Shown here: piece after piece, positions 44,801 through 58,480 of the stretch
Position numbering within the stretch: position 1 is the stretch's first letter
Layout: every line of letters begins with the position of its first letter
Source: the human T2T-CHM13v2.0 reference genome, Homo sapiens
Reading direction: 5' to 3' (one strand)
Assembly: GCF_009914755.1 (NCBI RefSeq)
Contig: NC_060932.1
DNA length: 64,000 bases
Notes under the pieces: generated by a model
What the model was told of the DNA's origin: nothing
The model's database searches: none
What the model saw: only the letters and a program-made list of their open reading frames with translations
Program-made: the position numbers and the translations under genes

Positions 44801-47540
44801 TCCATTGTTTTGTGTTAAAAGATTGTGCTTCTTGGATGGTTGTGAGCACTTTATGCGTAGATGAAGTAATAGAAACGTTCAGACATTAAGGCTCCTGTTT
44901 GGTTTCGGAAGTCTGCAGAGGCAGTGTTGGGAGAGGGTTCTCATTTCACTCAGACGGTTTACCCATAGACAGGCATTTCCCTTGAAGAGGTCATTTTTAT
45001 TCTGAGGAAGGGGGAAAGTAGCAGAACTGGAGAGTGGTATTTGTTCCAGAGCTCCCAGTTTTTAGGAGGTGATGAGACGACACTGCTGACCAGTGAATCC
45101 GAGTTGGTTCCTGGAGACTGCACCAGCAGGCAGCATAGGGATGGGGCTTCCCCGTGGTGGCCCTGCAGGGCTGAGGTGGGGGCTACAGGCTGGGAGCCAG
45201 CGGGATCCCAGCTCTTCACAAACTCCTGCTAATCACAAAACAGCCACTTACTTCAGCAGAAAAACTGGCTGGTCTTTCCTCATGGGGAGGAGAGACACCA
45301 CCATGGCTGGCACGTCCGTTCCCTAAGGCTCCCGCACAGAGGAGCCTCTTTTCTGGGGGGCAGGAAGGCCATGAAAATGAGACCTTCTGAATGGTGATGC
45401 CATGTCTCAGCATGTCAAGGTGCGCTTTCTCTGGATGGGAAGTGTGATAGTCTGTGCCTTGGTGATGGATACAAAACACTGTTGTTGCAAATTAGCTTTA
45501 GCTTCCCTGTAAGTCCCCTCTGGTGATGGCACATCTGATTTTCGAAATTGAAAAGGACTGGCAAACAGCTTGTTCAGCCATTTCCTGCGTTTTCCTGTTG
45601 CCCCTGTCTATAACTTACATTAATACAACCACTTGATTCCCAGTTGAGAGGCTTCTCACCCACCTCCTCTGGGGGATGCTGGCCTGGCTGCAGCGTGGGT
45701 CCCTCTGCAGCAGAGAGACTAAGGTCAACCAGGAGGCAGCTCGTAATTGTGGAGAAGTGTGATGGTATCTAAAGCCAAATGATAGAGAACATTTGGAAAT
45801 ATTTGAAGAACAGATCAAAGCCTGTGAATTTAATTACTCCACCCTACCTAATTAGCTGCCGCCTGGCTGTGCGGTCTTCCCTGCTGATGATTATTGATGG
45901 GCTGCTGCCCTCCGTGCTCCCTTTCCTGGGCCAGCTGCACCCCCAGGGTGGCAGGTTTTCAGAGATTTGCAGATGAGAATTAATGACAGTTTGTGGTGGG
46001 GGAGTTGGAGGCAGAATGGCCGGGAAGAGAAAGGGTTGGGGTGGTGGAGGGATACATGTTAGGGGTGGAGGCCTCCTCTGACAGGCTGCGGGCTTGGCTA
46101 CACCTGTGAGCAAAAGTCATGGTGGTTCAGAACCCGGAGACACCAGATGGACCCACCGTCTCCTATCCGATATGCAAACCTTGGAGGTATAAAACGATGA
46201 GGCATCTCCAGGGAAGAACATTCTTTTGGTAGAGTTGGCTGGGGCATGGCGTGGGTTGGGTGTGGGGTGTTACAGCCTCCTAAGGTGAGGGTCTGGATGG
46301 CTGTGACCAGGGACCGTGGCTGGCTGGAATTCAGGTTGGTCCACTGTGGGGAGTGGACGCTGGGGGTCGAGGTGCCACTGCCCTGCTGACTGGACCTGGG
46401 AATTTTCCCATTTCTCCTGGGTCTGCCTGCGCTGCACAGGGCTGACCCCACCTTTGAGCAGAGGAAATGTCCCTGAGAGGTTGGCTGGCAGTGGGTTCCT
46501 CTTGTCCCTGTGGAGCTGACACCACGTGCCTTACACATGATCAGAACAAAGCATATCTTTCATCCAACCTCCATAAGAGAAATATTTTAAGAAGACATTG
46601 CATTATTCTATTTGATCGAGTCCTTAAACTTTGCAGATCAGTTTGATGAACACAAAGACTCCCATAAAATGATTCTTTTAGATTTCTTGGTCTGATGATG
46701 AAAAAGATGGAAAAAAAGTTGTTTTGTATTTGTTTCTGTGGGCACAAGTCTTCGGTAGATGGTGTATTTTAAAATGCTCACACATCCTGAACCTCTTCAC
46801 TCACCTGTCTGGTGTGTCCTCAGACCCTGTCTTCTTTGAGGGCGCTGCCCTTTCTGGAAGTTTGGGTGTAGCAGATATTGACAAAGTGAGTCTGGTTGCT
46901 CAAACCTCGTGCCACAAAGCTGACTTTCCGTTCAGGATTCATTTTTTTTTGTTTGTCTCTCAAATGCTTTCCTCAGGAAATCTATTCTGGGTCACTCCTA
47001 TCCAGGAACCCCACACCTTTCTTGGGGATGCATGTTATGGGCTTTATTTCAAGGTCGGGCTTTGGGTTTCTCTTCCTGCACCTGAATTACTTTCCTTATG
47101 CAGTATCTCAGGGCTCCCTTTTTTCCTTTGTATTTTATGCGTAGACTAAGCCTTAGGTCTCTGTATTTAAAACAGCTCCTCTATTTCCTATTCCTAAACT
47201 TCCTTTATTGACCACAAACTTCACAGATTATGGGACTTCAACAGGAGATGGGATTGCCCAGCCTGAGCCTCAGGGAGCTCTTGTGGAGGCTGGGTGGGGG
47301 GCAGAAAGAAGCCCCTGGGCAGATGCAGTTGGGAGCACCAAGTCCCTGAGGTGGACCGTGCACAGCCTTGCACAGCCCACCTCAGATGGACCCTACCCAC
47401 GGCAGGGTTGCAGCCACACCAGCAGCTCTTCCAGAAACCCTGATCTGTCCCCTGGGGTCCTTGCTGAAACTGGCTGATTGTTTTCAAGTTGTACTACTCT
47501 TCTAAATAGCACTTTGGAAGTTCTGCATTTTATTTTCTAG

Positions 47541-47631
47541 AGAATTTCACTAGCCTGTCTTCTCTGCAAGAAACCCAGTCTGGGAAACCCACCAGAGTGC
47601 AGCCAGCTGGTGCATTAGTGCCAGAGGTGAG
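47541..47631 (+). other. Candidate spliced exon (UTR or lncRNA)
   Basis: Acceptor ttttattttctAG (47540); tandem donors GAG|GTGAGG (47627) and GAG|GTGAGT (47632). Confidence 0.35.
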
Positions 47632-49286
47632 GTGAGTGCAGACCTGCCCCCTAGGTTGTCACGGGGGTGCAGGAGGGTCCTGGAAAGTGTGGAGAGAAGG
47701 CCAGCACTGTCCTCTGCCATCCCTTCCTCAACAGCACAGCTGAGTTCACGCCTACCTGTTTGGGGGAGCTGGGAGTAGTTGGTGTAGTCGGCTTTCTGGG
47801 CCTTTTCTGACCTGGCCAGTCTCAGATTTTCAGTCTCCGGATCAAAAATTGACCTGGCCCTTGGCCCTTGCCCTTTAATCCCTACACTGCCCGGGGCCCA
47901 CATGCAGGGCAGCCCGGGTCTGTGGAATGCATGCCTCCATCTCGGGCTTCGTAAGCTTTGTTTGTTTACCCTGCGCACATGTGTCTGCCGCCGAAGCAGT
48001 CAGAGTGGGGGTTCTCACTTTTTCCTTTGGGTGTGTAAAAAGCACAGACATTTCATGTTTATTATTGTTGAACTTTTCTCAGCTAAGCTGAAGAAATATA
48101 TCGAGATGGTTTATTCTCAGGGGACTGAGTTCAGACATTTCACGACGTACAAATAATTATCTTTAACATAAGCCACTTATTCTATGTCTTCTTTGTTTAC
48201 AAAAAAATTCCCTTATTCAATGTTAATAAAACAACTAATGCACACTTTGTGAGCTCAGTGACTAATCCTGTATTCTTGACCTAATCTCACATCTTTGGTG
48301 CTAAGAACATTCTCATTCCCACGTAATATTGGTGCACTTCACAAATCTTTGCCCAGCCCCACTGTGTACTGTGTACTACACCAGGGGCTGGGGATGCAGT
48401 GTGGAATGAGACAAAGACTGACTGTCTACCTGGGGTTCAGTCTCAGTGCCTTCTCCAAATGAGCTTTTCTAACTACTCTTTGAATGGCAATGCAAGTCAG
48501 AAGGCCAAAGGGACCTTAATAAATCATAAAGCCGTAAATTAATTTCTTCTACAGAACTTTAATCCCAGGTCTTTTTAAAACTTACTGGCCATTCAGTCTG
48601 TGACTAGGAGCTTCTGTTAGTTTTTCAAACATAATACATCATGCTTTCTGGAAAGGGCTGTGTGCAGTGGCTAACCTGACCCCCCAGATTCTGGCATCTC
48701 AAAATGCCCACAGGAGTTTCTGAACCAGAATGTGTGGAGCAGAATTTCTCCCTAACTAGAGGCAGGCTAGTTCCCCTAAAATCCACATGTTCTCTCTGAA
48801 AATGTGCAGTATCTATGTGAATCAGTACTTCTGCAAAAGTCATGATTTAATTTAACAATGTTGATTTTGGTTGCCTTTACCGTACACGACGAACATATTC
48901 TGAACCCTAAAATAAAATTGGAGGCCAATTCTTCTTCATCTTGTTCCCATAACATTCCAGACTCAGATTCAAGAAGGAGATTGTGCCAAAATGCAAAACT
49001 TTTGGGAAACAAGAAAACCCAGGAGGCATTATTAAGCAATCAGCATCTGAAGGTTCTAGGTTTTGGCCCAACAGCTTATTTAAACATGCTTTGGAGCCAG
49101 GCCGACCTGGATTTGAATTCACCATTGCCACCTTTTCTGTCACTGGACAAGTTCCTTTGTGATCCAAGTGTCCTCTTCTGGAACATGAGGTGGATAGGCA
49201 CCCACCTCACAGGACTGGGTCCACACACCAGCACCTGGCAGAGTGGGTGCTCAATGTGAGCACATTTGCTTTCTAAATTTTTTAAA

Positions 49287-49600
49287 GGCCAGGCGCAGTG
49301 GCTCATGCCTGTAATCCTAGCACTTTGGGAGGCCGAGGCGGGTGGATCACCTGAGGTCAGGAGTTCAAGACCAGCATGGCCAACATGGAGAAACCCCGTC
49401 TCTACTAAAAAAAAAAATAGAAAAATTAGCCAGGCATGGTGATGGGTGTCTACAATCCGTGCTACTCGGGAGGCTGAGTCAGGAGAATCACTTGAACCCA
49501 GAAAGTGGAGGTTGCAGTGAGCCGAGATTGTGCCACTTCACTCCAGCCGGGGACAGAGTGAAACTCCATCTTAAAATAAATAAATAAATAAAATAAGTAA
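49287..49600 (+). mobile_element. AluSx-like
   Basis: ggatcacctgaggtcaggagttc; (TAAA)n tail. Confidence 0.93.
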
Positions 49601-49780
49601 AAAATGTTTATAGATGTAGCAGGTACAAGTGCAGATTTGTTACATGGATATATTGCCTAGTGAAGTCTGGGCTTTTTGTTTAACCATCCCCTGAACAGGG
49701 AACTTGGTACCCATCCCTCAAAACCTTCCACCTTTCCCAGCCTCCAATGTCTATGATTCTGCTCTCAGTGTGAACACATT
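49601..49780 (-). mobile_element. L1MA 3' end fragment
   Basis: ggtacaagtgcagatttgttacatggatatattgc...gtgaagtctgggcttt. Confidence 0.7.
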
Positions 49781-49894
49781 TGAACATTCCCCATCCTGTT
49801 CCTTCCTTCCCTGACTGTAGTCTACCAAATTTAAGAAATGGGATCCCTTAAAAGTTGATCCCATTGTGATCACAGTCAGTGAACTTTTTCTCCT

Positions 49895-50765
49895 AAGAAG
49901 GGAAGAATGTGGTCTTGTGTGGATATTAAGGATATGAAGGGTGTGAGATAATGGTGGAAAGAACACTGAGTTGGATCAGGCCAAATGCATTGATACGGGC
50001 CCACTAAGCAGAGATTCTGAACTAATTTTTGCAGCGGCTTGGGGAGTTGAAAGGGGCTCTAACTCTTGGGCTGTTTGGCAGAAACAGACCAAAAGCCCAC
50101 AGTGAATGAGTTAGAGATGATAACCCTGTCATGGCTTAATGCAGAGGAAGGGATTCAAAGCCTTGGGGAGGTTGGAATGCAAGAGAGGATTCGTCTTTCC
50201 AGACATCCTCACTCACCCTGGGAGGGCCCAGAACTCACACCTTTTCCCACGATTATGGGAAATGCATGTGAGAGGGGAGCCCCAGAACCCTTGATGAGCT
50301 GTGACTGCTCTTCTCTGTGGGCCACACCCTACAGTGGGGAAACATCCACACAGTGGGAGTATTAAATCCTTAAGTGGCAGGGGCCAAGTAGCATCACTGC
50401 ATGGATGTGGACCCTGTAAAGGATGGCAGAATCCAAGCTGCAATCAGAAGAGCCTGACTCATGCCAGCCCGGGGCATCGGCTGGTGGATCATGGTATTCT
50501 CAGCAGTGAAACACACAGGAAACCTACTAAATTCTTACTCGAGCTGTATAAGCAGTTAAATTCTGGATCAAGCAAACTAAAGTCTAACTTGAACCATGAA
50601 AAGAGAGTCATGCCCCCTCAATCAATTCCCAGACTTGAGCCAGTTTACAGACTCAAACCCATTGAATGAAGGGGAGGTTGGGTCTCCTTGAACAAGGACC
50701 CTGGTATGCAGCCAAAAACTTACACTCCATCTTTCTTCCAGCCTTCCCTAAAGGAACTTACAGCC
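49895..50765 (+). pseudogene. HERV-L (ERVL-int) gag remnant
   Basis: Peptides PTVNELEMITLSWLNAEEGIQSLGEVGM...WEGPE...RGAP (50066-50365) and GRGQVA...RKPTKFLLELYKQ (50301-50669) resemble ERV-L Gag; frameshifted. Confidence 0.8.
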
Positions 50766-51002
50766 TTCAGAATGGGACTGCAACATAAGCCTTTTCCTAG
50801 TTCTCCAATCTAATGGCCATTAGGCTTCAGCTGCAACATCAGCCTTCTTGGGGTCTCCAGCTTGCCAGCCCACCCTGTAGATTTTGGACTTGCCAGCTTC
50901 CATAATTGCATGGGTCAATCTTTAAAATAAATTGCTCTCTCTCCCTCTATGCATATATACCTCCTATTGGTTATCCTTCTCTGGAGAACTCCAGTTAGTA
51001 CA
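50766..51002 (+). mobile_element. MLT2 (ERVL) LTR, 3' part
   Basis: ttttggacttgccagc...aataaa...cctattggtt...tctctggagaac...taca. Confidence 0.8.
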
Positions 51003-52796
51003 GGTATAGTACAGTCATTGTACACAGAGCGAGTGGATGTCACTGTCCACTCACCCTGGGGTTGCAAGTTCAGAGGGTGGTGATCTCTGTCTGATCACAG
51101 GGTGAGCTGTGTGAGCTGGGGACACTGTTCCTCATGTGCTTGGCATGGCCACTTGTGCTTTTGTTCTCTCTTTGCTCGTCCCACACAGGCCCAGACTCAC
51201 TGCCTGTGCCCCTCCTATGGCGTGCTCATTCTCTGCCTCTGCACCTTCAGAGCTGTGTTCTGTGACACTTTGGAAAGCCCAGTTTCCCCATTCACCTCCT
51301 GGCCCCTTCTGACAGTCACTAACTAGTCTCTGTCCTCGTTCATTTTCAAACACTTTGCAGGACTCTGCTTCTCCAGATGCTCTTCTGTTTAACCTCTCTA
51401 GGCTCTAGTTGAACCCAGCTCTGTGAGCCACCCACTGCTGTCCACCAGGCTGTGTTTAAGATGTTCCCATGGCTTGCTCTTGGTGGGGTCCTCCCTCGCA
51501 GGCATTCAGTTTATCATCTGCTTGACTGTGGAATTGTAAATGTTAATGTTTTGTCTTTGTTCTTCCTCTACGTCTCTAAGGAGTACAGGCACCTAAAGTG
51601 CAATGCCTGCTGTTGACAGGACTCAAGTAGATGCTGAGTGGTGACACTTAAAAGTCCCCTTTTCTAGAATTCATAAAAAACAAGTGACTTCACCTGTCTG
51701 AGTTGTCATTCCTTGGTGCCTTGTTGAACTTTTAGCATCGTCACTGCCATACATGATAACTTTTCAGCGAGGTGCTTCCTAGCAGCAGGGCAAAAAATAC
51801 TAAAGTCTGACTGTTTTCCCCCATGTCTTACTCCTTCATGCAAGCTCGTCTTTGACATCATGGTTCTTTCTTTGCAGAAGCTCTTCAAGGTTCTTAATGG
51901 TGTCTGTCAGCCTGTCTCCCTTCCTGCTGCATTCTGTGGCTTTTAACAAAGGCAGGCATTGGAATGCATGAATATTGAAGAGGTACACGCCGACAGTGTT
52001 ACAAACACATCTTGAATTTTGAATTTTAAGTTAACATCCAGTAGAGCCAAGTTCTTCTGCATGTGTGCACCACCCATGAGCCTTAACACACGTGTAGATT
52101 TGTCTCATTACAGGCAAGACACAGGGTAGCTGCAGCACCTGGAGGCCCTGAGCTGCCCTGGGGCGATCACACCCTCCCCCATGCCACCCCAAAGCCATCA
52201 GTCTGCTCAGTCATGTAAATAGGGTCATACAGGTAGAAACCTCTTGATATTGGCGGTGGCTTCTCCTCCTCTTCCTCCTCCTCCTTCTTCTTCTTCAAGC
52301 TATTATTATTTTCATTTTAGGAAACAGAGATTCAAATAAATTAATTGTATAAGGTAACAAAATTCAGGGATGCCAGAGTTGATTCTGAGCCTAGTTCATT
52401 TTGAGTTCCAGTCTTACAATTAGAGACTATACAAATCTGTCCCCACACTGGATTCAGAGCATCTTTAAAATAATGAGATATTGTACTTGATAGATTGAAA
52501 CTTACAATAAATATTATTTGCCTAGCAGCATACAGACATGGTTTGAAATATCATAAAATGGAGGAATTAACTTTGGATATTGGCATCTTCTGATTCACCC
52601 ATGTGATTGAGGATATCAGTGGTTTGTTCCTTGTTGCTGCTGACTAGTATTTCATTGTATAGATGTGTCATAGTTTGTTTATTCATTGGTTAAAGGACAT
52701 TTATATTGTTTTCTGTTTTTCATGATTATTACTAGAGCTGCTATGAATATCCATTTACAAAATTTTTGGTGAACATAAGTTTCCATTTCTCTAGAG

Positions 52797-53141
52797 CAGG
52801 GATGGAAATCTTTTTTTTTTAATGGTCAGATAATACATATTATAGGCTTTTCAGGTCACAAAACAACTCAAAATCGAGGCTACTATGCAGGAACTTTTAT
52901 AACCACTTAAAAATGTTAAAACGATTTGAAGTTTGCACAAACCATAAAAAACAACAAAATGAAACAAAGCAAAAACAAGTTCCACTTGTTTTGTGAAGTT
53001 TTGCTGAAATATAGCCATGCCCACTTGTTCATGTATCTTTGTGTGGCTGCATTCTACAACCGGGGAGTTGACTTTCTGTGACAAAGACCTTGAGTCTAAA
53101 ACATTTACCATCTGACACTTTAAGAAGTTTTCCAACTCCTG
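52797..53141 (+). mobile_element. MER58B (hAT-Charlie)
   Basis: cagggatggaaatc start; acatttaccatctgacactttaagaagttttccaactcctg end. Confidence 0.8.
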
Positions 53142-53437
53142 CTGTAAACACTGAGGAGTATATTTTTACATTTGTAAGAACTGCCCAACTTTTTCAGGGT
53201 GGCTGTGCCCTTTTACACTCTACCAGCGATGTATGAAAGACCCAGTTTTCCCCCATCCTCCCCTGCACTCAGTATTGTCAGCAGTTTTTGTTTCAGTCAT
53301 TCTAATTTGTGCGTAGTGTTACTTTACCGTGGTTTTAATTTGTATTTTCCTAATGAATTATGTTGAACATCTTTTCGGTGGGCTTATTTACCATCTGTAT
53401 ATCCTCTGGGGAAATGATAAGTCTTTTGCACATTTTT

Positions 53438-53726
<289 letters not shown>

Positions 53727-55289
53727 TTTTGCATATTTTTTAAAAATTGGGTATTTGTTTTCTTATGCAGCACTTTGAGAGTTCTTTACATATTCTGGGT
53801 ACAAATACTTTTTTGGATATGTAATTTGCAAATATTGTTCCCCAATCTATACAATGTTTGTTTTACTCACTTAACAGTATATTTCACAGAGCAAGAGTTC
53901 TTAATTTTGGTGAAGTCCAATTTTTTATTTCTTTTATAGACTATGCTTCTGGTGATACATTTAAAAACTCTTTGCCTAATTCCATTCATGAAGATTTTGC
54001 TTCATGCTTTTTTTCTAGAAGTTGCATAGTTTATGTTTTACATGCAGATCTATGATCCATTTTGAGGCAAATTTTGTATGAATTGTGAGGTTAATTTGAG
54101 GTTCACCTGGATATCTGGTTGTTTCAACCTCATTTGTGAAGGTGACTACCCTTTCTCCATTGCACTACCTTTGCACCTTTGTCAAAAATCATTTGGTCAC
54201 GATTGTGTGGCTCTATTTGTGTACTCTGCATTCTGTTCCATTGGCCTACATGTCTATGCCTCACCAAGACCACACTCTCTTCTTTAACACAGCTTTCCGT
54301 GTGAGTCTTAAAAATGGGAAGTCCTTCACATCTCTCCTGAGCATTTACCTTGCATGTTTCACAGGCATCCTGGTCCTCATATCACTAATGCTTAGTTTAG
54401 TCCATCAAACCTCCATTTGGTAAAAGGTAACCCAGAAAACAGGAGCACAGGCTTGCTTCTGTTTCTACAGAATTTGCACCGCAAGGCGCAAAACCTTGTA
54501 ACTCTCTTAGTTACAGAACTTGGCTCTTTACAAAGTGTTTCCCAAGGCATTATTTTGTGTGATCCTCCCCCAGGCAGCATATTTTCTGAGGTATATTTAA
54601 ATATAAGGAAACCAGGGCTCCTCATCTGCCTGAGGGCCACGGCTTCTAAATATGGAGAGGGGCTCCTGGGCATCCCCTATTCTAGCCCCAGTTCACACGC
54701 TCCCGAGAGTAGGGTCCAGAGAGGGCATAAGGTCCGCTGGCCCTCCCACAGCTGCCTCACTCCATCGGCCCACTCCGCTCCAGCCAGGCTTCTCGCCTTG
54801 CAGGCCCCAGCGAGCTCCTCCCACTCTTCTTGCGGCTTAGCGCGTCCTTCAGGCCTCGCCCGACGTTTCTTCCTCGAGGAGTGGGCCCTGACTACCCCAT
54901 GGAAAAGAGCGTCTTACCCCTTCCTGCTGTGTGGTCTCAAGTAGCATGCATCACCACTCTGCACCTTCTGCCTCTTACTTGGCTATTTTGTTTATTTTTT
55001 ATTATTCTCGCTGGACTCTAAACTCAACGATGGCAGGAAGTTTTGTTTTGTTCACCTCCCAACCCCTAGCCTTTGGACAGTGCCTGATATATAATAGATG
55101 CTCACTATTAAATAAAAAAATACCATGAGAGATTGGCTTCTTATGTAGGATAAGTGGTTTATCTTTTTTCCTTCTTTGGCCTCCAATATATAGACAGACA
55201 GCTGCAAAAAGGTGAGTCTCGCAGTGCTTTATAACCCCGCTTCTTGTTAGGGATATTTCCTGGTGATACCTAACCTCTTGACACATTTT

Positions 55290-57188
55290 AAAAATCATCT
55301 CCAACACACAAAAGTCACTTGTGATTTTATCTGCCAATAATAATCTGAAAGAGAAATTAAGAAAACTATTCTACTTATAATAATAATATCAAAATGAATA
55401 AAATGCTTAGGAATAAGCTTGACCAAATAGACAAAAGAATTGTAGATCAAAAACTAAAAAAAAGTTGAAAGAAATTAGTCAGAAATAAATGGAAAGGCAT
55501 CCTGTGTTTATAAATTGAATGACTTAATATTGTCAACTAAATTAATTTACTGTTAATAAATTGAATAAAATATGTGAATTCTACAACCCCTATCAAGTTC
55601 TTAAAGGCATTTTTTTTTTGCAGAAATAGAAAAATTAATCCTAAAATTCGTATAGAGGCTCAAGGAATCTGACTAGCAAAAGCAATCTTGAAATAAAATA
55701 ACGAAGTTGGAGAACTCATACTTCCTGATTTTGAAACTTATTACAAAGCTGCAGTAATCAAAACAGTGTAGTGCTGGCATAAAGGCAGACATATAGACCA
55801 ATTAAACAAAAGAAAAAGCCCAGAAGTGAATCCTCATATATACATAGTCAATGTATATGAGGTCACAATGGTGTCAAGAGCATTCAATGGGGAAAGGACA
55901 AGCTTTTCAACAAGTGATCCTGGGAAAATGGGATAGCTACATTCAAAAGAATGAAGTTGAACCTTTATACCATATACAAAAATTAACTCAAGTGGATCAA
56001 AGCTCTAAACATAAGAGCTAAAACTATAAAACACAGTTTTGTAGAAAACGGGAAAAACTTCATGACATTGAATTTGGCAACTATTTCTCGGATATTGAAA
56101 CCAAAAGCACAGGCAACAAAAGAGAAAAATAGATAAGTTAGATTTTATCAAAATTAAAAACTTCCGTGCATTAAAGGAAACTATCAACAAAGTGGAAAGA
56201 AAATATTTACAAATCATATATCTAATAAGAGATGGATATCCAGAATAAACTCCTACAACTCAACAACAACAAAAACAAACAACTCAATTAAAAAAATGGG
56301 CAAAGAACTTGAATAGACATTCTCTAAGGAAGGTATACAAATGGCCAATATGCACATGAAGAGACGCTCAATATTACCAACCATTACGGAAACACAAATA
56401 AAAAAATTTGCTACTATCAGAAAAACAGAAAATAACATGTTGGCAAGGATGTAGAGATTACATTACATCCTTAGGATGGCTACTATCAGAAAAACAGAAA
56501 ATAACATGTTGACAAGGATGTAGAGAAACTGGAACTGCAATTACCAGCATTGTTGCTAGGAATGTAAAATGGTGTAGACGCCATGGAAAACTATATGGAG
56601 GTGCCTCTAAAAGTTAAACACAGAATGACCATATAATCCATCAATCCCTTTTCTGTGTATATATCCAAAAGAAAGCAAGGACTCAGATATTTGTACACCA
56701 ATGTTCATAGCACCAGTGTTCACAATAGCCAAGAGGTGGAAATAACCCAAGTGTTCATTGATGGATGAATGAAGAAACAAAATACAGTATACATATATAC
56801 AGGAATATTATTCAGCCTGAAAAAAGAATGAAATTCTGGTACATGCTACAACATGGATGAACCTCAGAGATATTATACTAAGTGAAATAAGCCAGATGCA
56901 GAAGGACAAATGTTGTCTGAGTCTACTTATATGAAGTATCCAGAATCAGCAAATTCATAGGAACAGAAGGTATTATAGCAGTTGCTAGGGTATAAATGGG
57001 GGGAATCATGGGGAATTATTGTTTAATTGGTACAGAATTTTTGATTTGGATAATGAAAAAGTTCTGGAGATGGCGGGTGGTCATGGCTGCACAGCAATGT
57101 GAATGTACTTAATGCCACTGAACTGTGCACTTACAAAGAGTTAAACTGGTAAATTTTATGTTATGTATATTTTACCACAATTAAAAAA
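55290..57188 (+). mobile_element. L1MB-class 3' fragment (ORF2 end plus 3'UTR)
   Basis: 3' end aatgtgaatgtacttaatgccactgaactgt...tattttaccacaattaaaaaa. Confidence 0.88.
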
Positions 57189-58480
57189 GTCATCGTGTTA
57201 CTGTGCAGGAACCACAAGGTCCATATGTAATGCTAAGTCTCCTAAAACAGTGCTCTGTTCATGCCTGCTAGAGAAGTCATTCAAATGTAACTGGTGACAC
57301 ATGTGCGTGGTAGGAGGCCACAGTGACTTCTGGGAGCCATCGGCTCATTCTAAATAAAGCAGATTCACTAAATGAAAAAAATGAGCTGCAATTGCAGAAA
57401 ATTTTCCTGAACACACGATTATTGTATTAAGTTCCCCTGAACCACAAGCTCTTATTACATGAGTTCTTTGCCCATGTCTGGAACTCTATCTTGTGGTCAA
57501 AAAAGGGAAAATTTTGTTAAAACTTTGAGGATATATATTGCATGCAGAAAGAAAGAGGCCAATTTTTTAAAAAGCCTTTCAAAGCACTTAAAAAATAGCC
57601 ATCCTCAACACCCTCTGAGAAAACGGACAGTAATTGCTGTATGGCTTTGACTAACAGCCCCCTCTTTTGTGTGGGCTCCAGTTTAAACCACATGGCTTTA
57701 AGGTTGCAAAGTGGGTGTGGCTTATAAATGCCCAAATTACAGCAGCAAGTCTGCATGAATGATTTTTTCCCCTTTGTAATAATAATGTCAGGACTGTTAT
57801 TACACTTGGCTCCACGGGGGATTGGAAGTGTTTCTCAGAAGGGAAGTGCTTCCAGCTCTAGGGCTCTTTCAAGAGCTCCATTCCCATGTACTTGCTGGAA
57901 ACTTTCAGGAAACCGCATTCCTTTTCTTGTCCCCATTTAGCAATGTGATCTCTCCCAGCTAGAATGCTTCCCAGACCACCTCATCAGCCAGGCCTGGGAA
58001 TGGAATGTGGCCGCGAGGGGCTAACGCGTTGGGGTTTAGGTCTAGTTTCCATGTTGTGTTTGTGAGTAAGAGAGGAAAGGAATGATTTTTTTCTCCTGAG
58101 AATATTTTGTCAACCCCCAGCATATTTCAAAGCATTCAAGGTCTCTAATGAATCAAAGGATTCAAAGTCTCTAATCTGGGGATGAGGGGGAATGGAACTT
58201 GAGATGGCAATGATATCAAGTTCTGTCTCAAAGTGGCTAGAGTTGGCCTGTATTTTAGGTCAAGAGGCATTTGACAAGTGTCAGAAAAATCCATAGGAAT
58301 CTTACTAGTGATTTTCTGTCACTTCCTTTGGAAATGATCAGACTAGAGGAAATTAACTGTAAGAAGAGCAAGACTGTGTTAAGACTGTTAAAAAGGGTTG
58401 GGGGGGAGGGCGTAGGAGGCAAAAAAGAAAAATCAATTGGAATATTATATGATTTTGGACGAATGATTTCTTTATTTTAG

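Noticed and set aside
47643-47662. CTCF-like motif ctgccccctaggttg
   Set aside because: Three mismatches in the CCA part of the core
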